From NCBI RefSeq assembly GCF_009914755.1, contig NC_060945.1: a stretch of 64,000 bases of DNA. One strand, 5' to 3'. This DNA is from the human T2T-CHM13v2.0 reference genome, Homo sapiens. A model generated the notes under the pieces. That model was not told the origin of the DNA. It did no database searches and saw only the letters and a list, made by a program, of their open reading frames with translations. A program made the translations under genes and the position numbers. This document shows positions 41,965 through 56,694 of this stretch, one piece after another; the first letter of the stretch is position 1; each line of letters opens with the position of its first letter.

Positions 41965-44232
41965 TTTGTTCCCAAACTGGGAACAAAAAGAGGTTTAATT
42001 GGACTTACAGCTCCACACGGCTGTAGAGGCCACAAGGCTTCAGAATCATGGTGGGAGGCGAAAGGCACTCCTTACATGGCGGTGGCAAAAGAAAAATGAG
42101 GAAGAAGCAAAAACGGAAACCCCTGATAACCCCATCAGATTTCATGAGACTTATTCACTTTCAAAAGAATAGTACAAGAAAGACTAGTCCCCATGATTCA
42201 ATTACCTCCCCCTGGGTCACTTCCACAACACGTGGGAATTCTGAGAGATACAATTCAAGTTGAGATTTGGGTGGGGACTCAGCCAAACCATATCATTCCG
42301 GAAGACCATGGCCCCTCCAAATCTCATGTCCTCACATTTCAAAACAAATCATGCCTTCCCAACAGTCCCCTAAAGTCTTAACTCATTTCAGCATTAACCT
42401 AAAAGTTCATAGTCCAAAGTTTCATCTGAGGCAAGACAAGTCCCTTCCACCTATGAGCTTGTAAAATCAAAAGCAAGCTAGTTACTTCCTAGATACGATG
42501 GGGATACAGGCATTTGGTAAATACAGCCATTCCAAATGGGAGAAATTGAGCAAAACAAAGGGGTTACAGGGCCCATGCGAGTCTGAAATCCAGCTGGGCA
42601 GTCAAATTTTAAAGCTCCAAAATGACTGCCTTTGACTCCAGGTCTCACATCCAGGTCACACTGATGCAAAAGGTGAGTTCCCACGGTCTTGGGCAGCTCT
42701 GCCCCTGTGGCTTTGCAGGCTATAGGCTCCCTCCTGGTTGCTTTCACGGGCTGGCGTTGAGTGTCTGTGGCTTTTCCAGGTGAACGCTGCAAGCTGCCAG
42801 TGGATCTACCATTCCAGGGTCTGGAGGACGGTGGCCCTCTTCTCACAGCTCCACTAGGCAGTGCCCCAGTAGGGACTCTGTGTGGGGGCTCTGATCCCAC
42901 ATTTCTCTTCTGCACTGCTCTAGCAGATGTTCTCCATGAGGGCCCTGCACCTGCAGCAAACTTTTGCCTGAGCATCCAGGTGTTTCCATACATCTTCTGA
43001 AATCTAGGTGGAAGTTCCCAAACCTCAATTCTTGACTTCTGTGCACCTGCAGGCTCAACAGCACGTGGAAGCTGCCAAGGCTTGGGGCTTTCACCCTCTG
43101 AAACCACAGCCTGAGCTGTACGTTGGCCCCTTTCAGCCACAGCTGGAGCAGTGGGACATGGCACCAAATCCCTAGGCTGCACACAGCATGGGGACCCTGG
43201 CGCCAGCCCACAAAACCGCTTTTTCCCCCTGGGCCTCTGGGCCTGTGATGGGAGGGGCTGTCGTGAAGGTCTCTGAAATGGCCTGGAGACATTTTCCCCA
43301 TGGTCTTGGGGATTAACATTAGGCTCCTTGCTGTTTATGCAAATTTCTGAAGCCAGCTTGAATTTCTCCTCAAAAAATGGGTTTTTCTTTTCTATTGCAT
43401 CGTCAGACTGCAAATTTTCTAAACTTTTATGCTCTCCTTCCCTTACAAAACTGAATGCCTTTAACAGTACCCAAATCACCTCTTGAATGCTTTGCTGCTT
43501 AGAAATTTCTTCTGCCAGATACCCTCAAACGTCTTTCTCAAGTTTAAAGTTCCACAAATCTCTAGGGCAGGGGCAAAATGATGCCAGTCTGTTTGCTAAA
43601 ACATAACAAGAGTCACCTTTACTCCAGTTTCCAACAAGTTCCTCATCTCCATCTGAGACCACCTCAGCCTGGAGACCACTTTATTGTCCATATCACTATC
43701 AGCATTTTGGGCAAAGCCATTCAACAAGTCTCTAGAAAGTTCCAAACTTTCCCAAATGTTCCTGTCTTCTTCTGAGCCCTCCAAACTGTTCCAATCTCTG
43801 CCTGTTACCCAGTTCCAAAGTTGCTTCCACAATTTCGAGTATCTTTTCAGCAATGCCCAACTCCCGGTACCAACTTACTGTATTAGTTCATTTTAACACT
43901 GCTGAGAAAGACATACCTGAAACTGGGAACAAAAAGAGTTTATTTGGACTTAAAGTTCCACATGGCTGGGGAGGCCTCAGAATCATGGCGGGAGACGAAA
44001 GGCACTTCTTACATGGCGGTGGCAAGAGAAAAATGAGGAAGAAGCAAAAGTGGAAACCCCTGATAAACTCATCAGATCTTGTGAGACTTACTCACTATCA
44101 TGAAAATAGCACGGGAAAGACCGGCCCCCACAATTCAACTACCTCCCTCTGGGTCCCTCCCACAATATGTGGGAATTCTGGGAGACACAATTCAAGTTGA
44201 GATTTGGGTGTGGACACAACCAAACCATATTA
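41965..44232 (-). mobile_element. Nearly complete THE1 (THE1A-like) MaLR element: LTR-internal-LTR
   Basis: LTRs at about 41965-42295 (outer end truncated) and 43879-44232; about 1.6-kb internal region carrying the open frame 42478-43479. Confidence 0.9.
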
Positions 44233-44240
44233 GGGCTTAA

Positions 44241-44644
<404 letters not shown>

Positions 44645-45419
44645 AAGATTGTATCTTTTCAATTGAAAGAACATACACAGCTTAAGGACAAAAGCGATAA
44701 CAACCTTCACTCTAAAACTGCCAGGGTGTAAAGATGAAAAGATAGGCTTTGCAGTGTGTGCATGCATGTCTGTGAACAGATATTTGTGCATGTGTATTTG
44801 AGGAAGATAATAGCACCAAGAAGATGGAAACACTGAGCAGGAAAAGGAGCTTTGGGAATCCCCAGGTTAAATGCACACTTCTCACTATGGCAGTTTGTTG
44901 AGCCACTTGGTTCCTCCTTTAATCACACATTGATGCAAAGAAAAATGTTTAGAGAGGGTGGATATAGTTTGCTAAAAGATTGTGATTATTTTCCTATAGA
45001 AGTGCTTCCTTTGTGGACATTGTCGAGGCCAAGAGAAATAACTTCCCTTTCACCCTCTGAAGTTTCCCTGAAAATCATGACAATAGGCTGATTGATAGGA
45101 GAAAAGGCACACACATGCATTTGATCATAGTTTTACGTGACACAGGAGACTTCAGAATGAACAACCAAAGAGGGAAACTGTCCATTTTTATGCTTAGGTT
45201 CAACAGAGTATGGACAGCTGTGTAGAGATATGATTGGATGAAAGGGGTAAGACCTAATGCTGATAGGCTGGGAGGGGAAATCCGGCAAGGCCTGTCTGTC
45301 TAGATTCTTCTTGGCTTCTCTGAGCAACATCCCTTCCTTCTGGGTATGGGAAGGACCCTCTCTGGAACAGAAGCCTTATGACATACAATCAAACAACGTA
45401 GGTCTGATCATTTCTTAAA

Positions 45420-45559
45420 AAAATTTTTTTTAAAATAAAAATGGAGATGGGGTTTCACCATGTTGCCCAGTCTGGTCTCAAACTCCTAAGCTCAAGTCAT
45501 CTGTCTGCCTCAGCCTCCTAAAGTGCTGGGATTACAGGCATGAGTCACCATTCACGGCC
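45420..45559 (-). mobile_element. Alu left monomer (FLAM-like)
   Basis: Reverse left arm. Confidence 0.8.
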
Positions 45560-45955
45560 TTGATAATTTCTTTATGGCTAGTTTTTACACAGAAAGGTGG
45601 AGGAAAAGTTAGAGCAATATTTTTTGGTTTATAGCTGGCTTTGGGGAAAACGGATTCTGGTTTCTATGCCTAGCCTCAGGGAAACGTGAGATGGATAACA
45701 TGAGGGCAGGAGAAGGTCAGACGAAAACTTTTGCTTCCAAGGTCTTTGTTTTGAGTATCATTTTCTGAATCCCAACATTCCCTGGTCTGAAACTTTCCCA
45801 AGAAGTTTCACAGTCCAGAAATTGGATTGGTGGATTGTCTTATAAGTTATTGAGCCAGGATCTCAGTCCCAAAAATGGATCTCATTTCAGGCTTCCACTA
45901 AGGTCAGGCCTCTATATGATTTGAGCAATCATATATTTAATAAGAGGCATTTCTG

Positions 45956-46288
<333 letters not shown>

Positions 46289-46696
46289 TTAATGGTTAGG
46301 GCAAACTATAAACTCAGTTTTTTGAGTCTAGAGGGCAGCCAGTTGAGAAGAATTGTAGGTGCTGGGCTCAAAGCACCTGCAGATAAAGAGAGCAAACAGT
46401 GAGAATCTGACAGTTTTCCTGGTTTGCAGTTTGCATCAGGCATTCCAGTGAACTTTCTGTGTAATCTATACATCGACAGGCATGAAGGCTGTTTGTCTAT
46501 TACGTTGCTGTAGTGCTTTATCCCAACATTTATATAAAATTGTCTAGTTTCAGCTTGCAGGACTTTAAAAAAAGTGCAGTTTTAATTTCTAGTGTTCCAA
46601 GTCAGTAAAATGGGAGAAAAACGTGGAAGGAAATGTTAGTTTGGAGACTTGTTGCAAGGAAAGAATTCAGGATTCAGTCCAAACTGTAGGAAAATC

Positions 46697-47005
46697 AGCC
46701 AGGCATGGTGGCTTATGCCTGCAATCTCAGCACTTTGGAGGCTGAGGTGGATGGATCACCTGAGGTCAGGAGTTTGAGACCAGCCTGGGTAACATGGTAA
46801 AATCCTGTCTCTACAAAAAATACAAAAATTAGCTGGGTGTGGTTGCAGATGCCTGTAATCCCAGCTACTCAGGAGGTTGAGGCAGGAGAATCACTTGAAC
46901 CCAGGAGGTGGAAGTTGCAGCGGGTTGAGATTGCATCACTGCACTCCAGCCCAGGTGAGAGAGCAAGGCTCCATCTCAAAAAACAAAGCAAAACAAAACA
47001 ATAAA
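46697..47005 (+). mobile_element. Alu (AluS)
   Basis: Full dimer with degenerate A tail. Confidence 0.93.
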
Positions 47006-47823
47006 AACCACCCCAATGGTCAGGACTAAAATCTAGTAACAGGTATACTATAGCTTTCTTCTGAAGCATAATTTTTCTCTCTCTAATCCCCCATTTCCGC
47101 CAAAAATAAATCATAGTAGGACCAATTTATTTGCAAAATAAGTTTTAGTCTTATTATCCTTGGCCTAATTATTTGCATGAAGTACAGCAAGAATAGTGAT
47201 TGTCGTATAAGCTCTTTTTAAGCTTGCTTTGCTAGACCATTTTCATGAGGAATCTCTGATTAGACTTTCAAAAATCTTTTGAGGCTAGGAAGCCAAGCCA
47301 AGGATTCACCCTCTGGTTGTGCTTGTATCACCTGAATGAATTGGGTGATTTCTGTCTTCTTAAGGTCCTCCAAATATCTTGACGCTCCTAGTCCTGTCAG
47401 AAAGTGACATTCTTTACTTACCATAAGGTCAGAAACACTGTAAGGGACCTGTGCAGACAAGGTACCAGGCCAGTCTTTTTCTAAGGCTATTGGCTTATAA
47501 AGTTGACCTCAATCCCTCAAAGCAATCTGGTCCCCTTTGAAAATACGACATTCCAGTCAAAGCCTTGATAAAATAACCAGTGTTTCCAATGTTTCCTGTT
47601 ACAAAAAGAAAAGAGATTCTTATAAAACTTATACAAAAAAACATATTGCCATAAAATGAGAATACTAATGAATAGTTTTGAAATTTTGGAGAATTCAAGT
47701 AGACAGAATGTATTTTAATTTTGCTTACAAAAGTATACTTTACCAAATTGCTGTAAACCATAAATAGCTCCAAAAAAGTTTCCTTGACTCTGGAAAACAA
47801 AATATAAAAATAATCAATGTTTC

Positions 47824-48177
47824 TGATATGGTTTGGCTGTGTCCCCATTCAAATCTCAGCTTGAATTGTATCTCCCAGAATTCCCACCTGTTGTGGGAGG
47901 GACCCAGGGGGAGGTAATTGAATCATGGTGGCTGGTCTTTCCTGTGCTATTCTCCTCATAGTGAATAAGTCTCATGAGATCTGATGGGTTTATCAGGGGT
48001 TTCCACTTTTGCTTCTTCCTCATTTTCTCTTGCTGCTGCGATGTAAGAAGTGCCTTTCACCTCCCGCCATGATTCTGAGGTCTCCCCAGCCATGTGGAAT
48101 TGTAAGTCCAATTAAACCTCTTTTTCTTCCCAGTCTCAGGTATGTCTTTATCAGCAGCATGAAAATAAACTAATACA
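47824..48177 (+). mobile_element. THE1 solo LTR (THE1A-like)
   Basis: tgatatggtttgg...actaataca termini; perfect TSD gtttc. Confidence 0.93.
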
Positions 48178-48832
48178 GTTTCAAACAAAAAGTCATAAAA
48201 AATCATTTCAGTCCTCTATCAGTTCAGTCCCATGTAATAATTTTTCTTCTGCCTGATGGTGGGTTAGCAATCTTCATGAACTCATCAGTTTTAAAATTAG
48301 AGTTCTGAAGGTTTTACCTAATTCAGTGGTATGCTCTACAAAGTTATCAGAAACCTGGATTCAAGAGTACTCATCAGAGTCCAGGGTCATCTTCATAAAT
48401 TTCCTTGAAGACACAACACTAGGATTTGCAAAAAGGTTTTAGAGTAAAATCACCAGAATGAAGCAATTTACTGCATACACTAAGACCTATCAGAGTTTAG
48501 GAATCTCATACAATTTTGGAACACATTTGAATAACATATCCATACAAATACAATTCAAAGAATGTTAACTCAAAATCGTTTCTTATTTGCCAATGTTTCT
48601 AATGTAATTTTAAGATGCCAAGCTTGAAAAGCAGTTGGATTTCTTTACTTAATTTATAAGCACTCATTTGTTTATAAATCCATTTGGTACCATGCAGATA
48701 ATATGACATGAACTTATGTATGCATAAAAATACAGAGAAACATAAATCAAGATTTTATAGCTTATATTTTAAAATTTTAGCCATGAAATTTTAGTGTCCA
48801 TTTACAGAGTGCCATTTGAGGTACATTTAGTG

Positions 48833-49038
48833 CCATTTACAGAGGCACAATTTAATCCAACTGTCCTTCTAAACTGGTGAGTTTTACTAGACAAGTAAAG
48901 TTTTACTAGACTAGTAAAACTTTAACTAGTGAAAAAGTAAAGTTTTACTGTAAAAGTTTTACTAGTAAAGTTTTACTAGTCTAATAAAACTCACTAGTTT
49001 AGAAGGACAGTTGGATTAAATTGTACCTCTGTAAATGG
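48833..49038. repeat. Inverted repeat (60-bp arms) around a palindromic, internally repetitive 86-bp spacer
   Basis: 48833-48892 vs reverse complement of 48979-49038: 57/60 identical; perfect 14-bp palindrome with 1-nt spacer at 48896-48924. Confidence 0.95.
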
Positions 49039-49479
49039 AACAAGTTATGGCCAAAGGCCTTACCAAATTTTAGATAAAATGGTTGCATATTTGCACCTCA
49101 AAGCACAGAACAAGAATTTGAACGTTTAAAAAGGAGTTTGGGTGTTTTAAAGGGAGATTAAAAATGGATGCCAATGTAACACAAAATCATAGGAATTTGC
49201 CCTAGGATTTTATAAGGAGACCAATTTCATTTGGATAGGTAGCTTCTAATTTAATCTCCATTTTCCAACTAGACCACTGAGCTTAGGGTGAAGCCCACTA
49301 ACAAATAATGCCAACAAAGCATTTGTAATTTTCAGGGAATAATGCTTACATATGTGAAAAACAGGTGCCGCTGGAAGGTGGAACACCTAGATCCCCCAAA
49401 ATTAAGGATCTTAGTTTCACATTGAATTCCAGGTTCCCAAAAAAGGGACCTCTGGACCAGGCTGTGCAACACTTCCACA

Positions 49480-49705
49480 GCCCTTTCCTTAGTTCATAGA
49501 TGCCTGTCTTCTAACTGTGTCCTCATGTTAGGGGTGGGAGTGGTGAGGGAGCTCTCTGGGGTCTTTTATAAGGGCACTAATCCCATTCATGAGGGCTTCA
49601 CCCTCATGACCTAATTATCTCCCAAAGGCCTCACCTCCAAATAGCCTACATTGAGTATAGGTTTCAACATATTTTGGGGGGAAACAAGCATTCAGATAAT
49701 AGTGA
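49480..49705 (-). mobile_element. MLT1 LTR fragment
   Basis: cttttataagggcactaatcccattcatgagggcttcaccctcatgacctaa motif. Confidence 0.8.
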
Positions 49706-50223
49706 CATAGAACATATGAATATACATGTATTTGTTATGGTTGCTTTCCTCATGAGGCAAGTGGCATAACTGTATTCACTAGATTGAAATAGTTTTTAAA
49801 TAAAAAGGAATGATTTAATGAGGCCAAGAACATTTTAAGAACTTTAAAAAATATGAGTTCATTTTGAAATAATTACAGGGCTAAATTTGGACTGGTCTGA
49901 CTTTGAATGTCATGTTTGGCTCACTGTAGTATATTTGTTGTCTCAATGAATGTGTGTTTTTCATATTAAATAGAGTTGGTGGCAGAGCTGGGACTCAAAT
50001 ATGGATATTATGGCACTCAGTGGTCACACTTACGTGAGGCTGGATGCTCCAGCCCCTGTTGCGGAGAGAACTGGGAATTTCATCGGGTGCTGTTTCTCCA
50101 GTCTTGCCCATGTTCACTCCACTGCCGTCAGACACATCAACCTTATCATGCCACTCCACTGCTTGAAATACTTTGTCTCCTGCCTAGGGCTTTCAGCATA
50201 AAACACACTCTTTATATGGCCAA

Positions 50224-50617
50224 TATATTAGTTCGTTCTCACACTGTTCTAAAGAACTACCTGAGACTGGGTAATTTATAAAGAGAAGAGGTTTAACTGA
50301 CTTGCAGTTCTGCAGGCTGTACAGGAAGCATGCTGGGAGGCCTCCGGAAACTTACAATCATGGTGGAAGGTGAAGGGGAAGCGAGCACGGTCTTCCCATG
50401 GTGGAGCAGGAGAGAGCAAGATTTGGGGAACGTGCTACACACTTGTAAACAACCAGATCTCATGAGAACTCTGTCAGGAGATAGTACTAAGCGGATGGTG
50501 CTAAACCACCACAAACCACCCCATGATCCAATCACCTCCCTCCAGGCCCCACCTCCAACACTCAGGATCACAATTCAACATGAGATTTCGGTGGGGACAC
50601 AGAGCCAAACCATATCA
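50224..50617 (-). mobile_element. MSTA-like solo LTR within an L2 fragment (about 50090-50960)
   Basis: tatattagttcgttctcac...aaaccatatca termini. Confidence 0.88.
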
Positions 50618-51779
50618 GCAGAGAAGGCTCTACCCATTGAGACCCTGCTTTCCAACACTACTCGTCTCTCTCCATTTCTGCATTATACTCTATGCTGCAG
50701 CCATAGGTAAATGGCTTTTTTGTTTTAAACTGTCCCACGTTCTGTCTTGCCTCTGAGCCTTTGTCCCTGCTGTCCACTCTCCTGGAATACTCTTACTCAT
50801 CTGCAAAACCAGAAATCCCCCATCCTTCATGTTGTAGCTGAGATATCAGTTTTGTGGTGAAGCCTTCCCTGACCTCTTCCAACTCCCTTCTGTACCCAGT
50901 TAGCTTCCCTTAGCAGTTTACACACTATGTTTGTTTATAATTCTCATTGCCTTCTTAAATTATAAACCCGAGGCCATCCTGGAAAAATGAAGGAGTTAGC
51001 CACAGCAATCAAGACTTCCAGGAGATGCAAGTAGTCAAGCCTATTTGCTCCCTTTCAGGTGATGCAGAGAGTGTGGAAACACCACTGTTTTGGCCTGTTG
51101 GTGCCTGTGATCATGTAGCTGTTCCTGAATACTTTGTTAGTTCTGAGAAATGGGCAGTAACAGAACTTGATGATGGGCATTTCTTAATCTCAGTGTACAT
51201 GCACAGAATACCAAAAGCAGTTTACCTTCCTTTATTGGGCAGGGACAGCAATGTACTGTGCTACCCTGAACACAAAAAAAACCTGTATAATTTAGCCTTT
51301 GTTATACAATCATTGTGTACTTCTATCATGTTTATTCCTTAATAAAACATGTCTGGAGAGGACAGAATCCTGGATGCAACTGAAATCCTGGATGAAATCA
51401 GAATCAATCAGTTATTAAAATCGTTATGAATAAATTGAGTTAAAAAGTTAAGTTCAGGAGGCTGGAATATGTAGCTCCATTTGCTCAAAAAACATGCTAA
51501 CAGATTGCCATTTAAGTGCAGCGTTTCCAGATCACATTTAGGTTAGCATTGTGGGCGCACATGTGGCGTCTTCCTTTTTCCTGTTACTCCAGCCACTTTG
51601 CTGTTCCTTGGACAACCTAGGTACATTCTTGCCTCTGGATCTTGCTGTTCTCTGCCTGGCATGCTCTCCCTCCCTCCACATGTAGGTTTTGTTTAGATCA
51701 ACTCCTTCAGGGGTCTGCTCAATGTCATCTTATCAACAAGGCCTCCCCTGACTGCTTGATTTAAAATGAAACTCCTTCC

Positions 51780-52520
51780 TCAAAAAGTTAAACATGGATA
51801 CAGTGAGCTTTGATTGCATCACTGTACTCTGGTCTAGGTGACACAGAGAGATTCTTTCTCTAAAAAAAAAAAATAATAAAACAAGAAAACAAACAAACAA
51901 ACAAAAAAACCACATGGAGTTACCCTGTGACTCAATAATACCCTTGTATGTATACGCCCAAGAAAAATGAAAACCTGTCCTTACAAAAGCTCATACTGAA
52001 TGTTCATGGCAGCATTATTCATAACAGCCAAAAGGCAAAAACAACGTAAATGCTCATCATTAGATGAATGGATAAATAAAAGTTCATACATAAAATGGAA
52101 TATTATTCAGCCAAAAAAGAATAAAGTACCAAAGTACCCATACATGCTACAACGTGGATGGATCTTGAAAACATTATGCTAACTGAATGAAGACAGACAT
52201 AAAAGGCCACATGTTGTATAATTCCATTTATATGAAATGTCCAGAATAGGCAAATCAATAAAGATATAAAGGAAATTATTAGTAGCCAGTGGCTGGGGAG
52301 AGGGGGCAATGAGGAGTGACTGCTAATGGGTATATATATATATATATACCCATATATATATATGTTTGAGGAGATGGGTGGGTAATGAAAATGTACTAGA
52401 AGTAGATAGTGGTGATAGTTGCACAATTCTTTAATAATACTAAAGGCCACAGGCTTGAATAGTTTAAAAGGATGAATTTTATGATATCTGAAATATATCT
52501 CAACAAAGCTATTATAGAAA
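51780..52520 (+). mobile_element. L1MB-type 3' fragment with a short Alu 3' piece at 51800-51905
   Basis: gaatgttcatggcagcattattcataacagcc...tccagaataggcaaatc motifs. Confidence 0.8.
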
Positions 52521-52856
52521 AATTTGAACTCCCTGTCTTTCTGGCGCTCATTATTCTTCATTCCTGCTTTATTTCCTTGTTATTCCTACCTAACATAACA
52601 TTTGTAGAGTTTGCTGTCTGCCTCACTGTACTGGCTTACAAACTCCGTGTGATCAGACATTTTTCCCTGTGTTGTTCACTGTTGTATTCCTTTGCCCTAA
52701 AACACCGCATACAGTAAATCAATAAATCTCTGTAGAATAACTGACTAAATAAATGTGACTATATATACACTAAAGCTAGTGCAAGGATGTCATTTGAAAA
52801 AGATAAAAAGATCATTGCTCAGGTAAGGAAAAGAGAATAAAAGCAGAGTCACTTTC

Positions 52857-54013
52857 TTTTTTTTTTTAATTTTATTTTAAGTTCTGGGATACATGGGCAG
52901 AAAGCGCAGGTTTGTTACCTCAGTATACATGTGCCATGGTGGTTTGCTGCACCTATCAACATGTCATCTAGGTTTTAAGCCCCACATGCATTAGGTATTT
53001 GTCCTAATGCTCTCCCTCCCCTTGTCCCCTACCCACCGACAGGCCCCGGTGTGTGATGTTCCCCTCTCTGTGTCCATGTGTTTTCATTGTTCAGCTCCCA
53101 CTTATAAGTGAGAACACGCAATGTTTGGATTTCTGTTCCTGTGTTAGTTTGCTGAGAATGACGGCTTTCAGCTTTATACATGTCCCTGCAAAGGACATGA
53201 ACTCATTCTTTTTTATGGCTGCATAGTATTCCATGGTGTATATTTGCCAAATTTTCTTTATCCAGTCTATCATTGATGAACATTTGGGTTGGTTCCAAGT
53301 CTTTGCTATTGTAAATAGTGTTACAATAAACATATGTGTGCCTGTGTCTTTATAGCAGAATGATTTATAATCCTTTAGGTGTATACCCAGTAATGGGATT
53401 GCTGGGTCAAATGGTATTTCTGGTTCTAGATCCTTGAGGAATTGCCACAGTGTCTTCCACAATGGCTGAACTAATTTACACTCCCACCAACAGTGTAAAA
53501 GTGTTCCTATTTGTCCACAGCCTTGCCAGCATCTGTTTGCTGACTTTTTAATAATCACCATTCTAACTGGCATGAGATGGTATCTCATTGTGGTTTTGAT
53601 TTGCATTTCTCTAATGACCAGTGATGATGAGCTTTTTTTCATATGATTTTTGGCCACATAAATGTCTTCTTTGGAGAAGTGTCTGTTCATATCCTTTGCC
53701 CACTTTTTGATAGGGTTGTTTTTTTTTCTTGTAAATTTGTTTTAAGTTTCTTGTAGATTCTAGATATTAGACCTTTGTCAGATGGGTAGCTTACAAAATT
53801 TTCCTCCCATTCTGTAGGTTGCCTGTTCACTCTGATGATAGTTTCTTTTGCTGTGCAGAAGCTCTTTAGTTTGATTAGATCCCATTTGTCAATTTTGGCT
53901 TTTGCTGCAATTGTTTTTGGTGTTTTAGTCAAGAAGTCTTTACCCATGCCTATGTCCTGAATGGTATTTCCTAGATTTTCTTCTAGGGTTTTTATGGTTT
54001 TGGGTTTTACATA
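52857..54013 (-). mobile_element. 5'-truncated L1PA (L1PA7/8-like)
   Basis: ORFs 53091-53690 and 53687-53947 encode the L1 ORF2 C-terminus ([30 protein letters not shown]); TSD cagag(t/a)cactttc. Confidence 0.93.
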
Positions 54014-54541
54014 GAAACAGAGACACTTTCATATTAGATTAATATAGGAAAAACAACTCAGTGAAACCAGGTTTTGATTGAAAATTTTAGCACAGATTAT
54101 GACTTTGTAAGATGTGAGACTCTGTCAGTGAATAACTGAAGTCTCTTTTCTGGGATCACTTTGCTCACAATTGTGTGGGTCCAGAAACAAATGTTTGGCC
54201 CTTTACTCTTTGCTTCCCTCAAGAAAAACTTGCTTTCCTGAAGTATATTAACAGAAAATTTGAGGTCCACTAAGGCCAACAGATCAGATGGTGACTGCCA
54301 TTGAAAAGATAGTTTGTTATTTGCAGGTCCCAACAGAAAGGACCATGTCACACCATGGAGACCACCTGGGGAAGCACCAGGGTTGGTCAGCTGGTAGAGG
54401 GAGGGGGTATCTGTGGGAAGAAAGGCATGAGACAGGGCAGGAGGGGAGTCTGAGAGCCCAGGAAAGGAGGCGGTTGTGTTATGAATTGGTTAGTTTACAT
54501 TTGAAAAGCTCACTCTCAGGCAAGCTGTTTGCTACTGCTAC

Positions 54542-54974
54542 TGAAACACCAGGGGTTTGGTCTAGGTCCTGCTGCTCATCACACAGAAAATGATGACCAA
54601 GATGATGATTGTTTCCAAGGAAAAAGGCTTTAATAGGGTGCTGCAGCCCAGGAGATGGGAGCTCAGTCTCAAACCCATCTCCCTGACTGACTAAAACCAG
54701 GGGTTTGTGTGGCAGGGAAGAAATGTAATAATGTGTAAGAAAACGGGAACTAGGGAGGGGCAAGGAAGTAATCATGATGAATGAGAGGTCCGGTTTCTGG
54801 AACGGTGATCTGGTAAGTTTCAGTTCTTTGATACTTTTTTGAGAGGGCTGAAAGTCCTTTCATGAGAAAAGAACTCAGATAAAACAAATACGTGTTTCAA
54901 GTTTTAAGACTCCGAAAAGTCAATTTCTATGTTTATCCAAAAGAACAGTCTATGGGACTATTGGGATGGTTTCA
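54542..54974 (-). mobile_element. ERV1 solo LTR (LTR26-like) nested in an older LTR fragment (about 54300-55090)
   Basis: tgaaacacc...tatgggactattgggatggtttca termini; flanks ctac/ctat. Confidence 0.6.
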
Positions 54975-56694
54975 CTATCTCTAGGAAATGGGTAACCCTG
55001 GAGGTGGAGGAGCAGTCCGTCCAGGGTCAGCAAGGCTCCAGATGTCACAGAATCAGAATAAAGAAAATAAAAGACAGGGTTAATACACCTGAAGTGTAAA
55101 TAGTACTAGATCTTAGATCTCGGGACCCAAGATGATCCTGAAATGCATTGTTTTGGGAACACAAAAGTATTTGGGGCTGCTGCTGGAATGGGCAGGAGAC
55201 CATTTATAAAGATGTTGCTACCTCATTTTCATAGTAAAACTTCCTTTTGGAAAACTTCAACTGCTCAGAGAAGAAAAGGATGTTTCCTATACTGAGGACT
55301 GGCTACATAATTTGTAGGGCTCAGTGCAAAATGAAAATGGCAGACTCTTTATTTAAGAGTTGTTGAAGCCAGGCACGGTGGCTTGCATCTTTAATCCCAG
55401 CTACTCAAGAGGCTGAGGCAGGAGGATCTTGGAATGTCTAAGCATTGAGGAGTTGGATCTGAAAAGCAGTGAATACAGCAAGAAAGGACAAGCCAATCTG
55501 TAAGAACCTTGGGTCCATGAAGATATGGAATAGATACTTAAAGATACTAATGTGACTTGTGCCTATGGTGAAAGTAGTGTCACAAGGAATTAAATGTTAT
55601 TTAAGACATACTGTAAAATGATCAAACTACACTACAGGTGCCTTGCCAACACCCAGATGTTATTACTCCAGAACTTTGGATCTCTACTATATGCCAATTT
55701 TGGTGAACACCCAGATGTTATTACTCTATAACTTTAGATCTCTGCAGATTGTGATGCTGGAGCCTGTGAATTCATGAAGTATTTTATTATTCGGGTCAAG
55801 AGGTATCTATTGAATAATCTATATGATCTGTGTGAATAGCGAGAGTTGGTCTCTAGCAATCTGTAAATTGTACTTCAAATGCTTAGCTTACACACACACA
55901 GACACAGACACAGACACACATGCATGCCTTTTCAAATTCCTAAAATGGCACAGCTACCCTGCTTTTGCAATCAGGAAAATAACCTTGGTTCCTAGTTGGA
56001 AATATTTTGGGGAATTGTCTCAGCAAAAGATTAAAAATATCAGGGCAGCATTGTTTCCCTAAGCCTTGTTTCTTGGGTATCTTTACTCTCTGTCTCCCAG
56101 GCCTAGTGCTGCAGCCAACAAATGCTGCCAATGGCAGCTGATGACCTGAAATATTTCCTGCAGCTTAAAGCTCAGCCAGTGCTTGATTTTATTGCGTTCT
56201 GTTGCTTGGTGACACTTGGAGGGGCCATCAGTTGTGAGGAGGATGGTTAAGTGGCCCTGAGAAATTCTGAACCTCAACGCAGCCTTGGAGGCCCTCTTCT
56301 GAGCTATGCTCTGGAGAATGGACTCTAAGACAGAATGACTTTTTCTGCAGAGACAAGAAGAAAAGGTGGGAAGGTGAGACAGAGTTTCTAAAGCCAACTC
56401 AAGCTACAGTTTAGTTTGGTCTCCTACATAATATTCCTGTTTAAGTGGGAGGTGGTTGGGGTGGATTCTTTCCTTTATTGAAATTATAATAAAAAAATGT
56501 AAATTTGGTCTGAAGGGAAGGCCAAGTGGTAAATTCTGGCACTCATGGAGATCTTTTAGAGATCATGAATGTCTGGGTGTTGGATCAGGATTTGAACCCA
56601 GGTCACTCCATATCCACAGCCGTGGAGTCATTTTCTCTATCACTGTTTGTACACAGCAGGCGATTATAAATATTGTAAATACTCTGCTGCTGGT

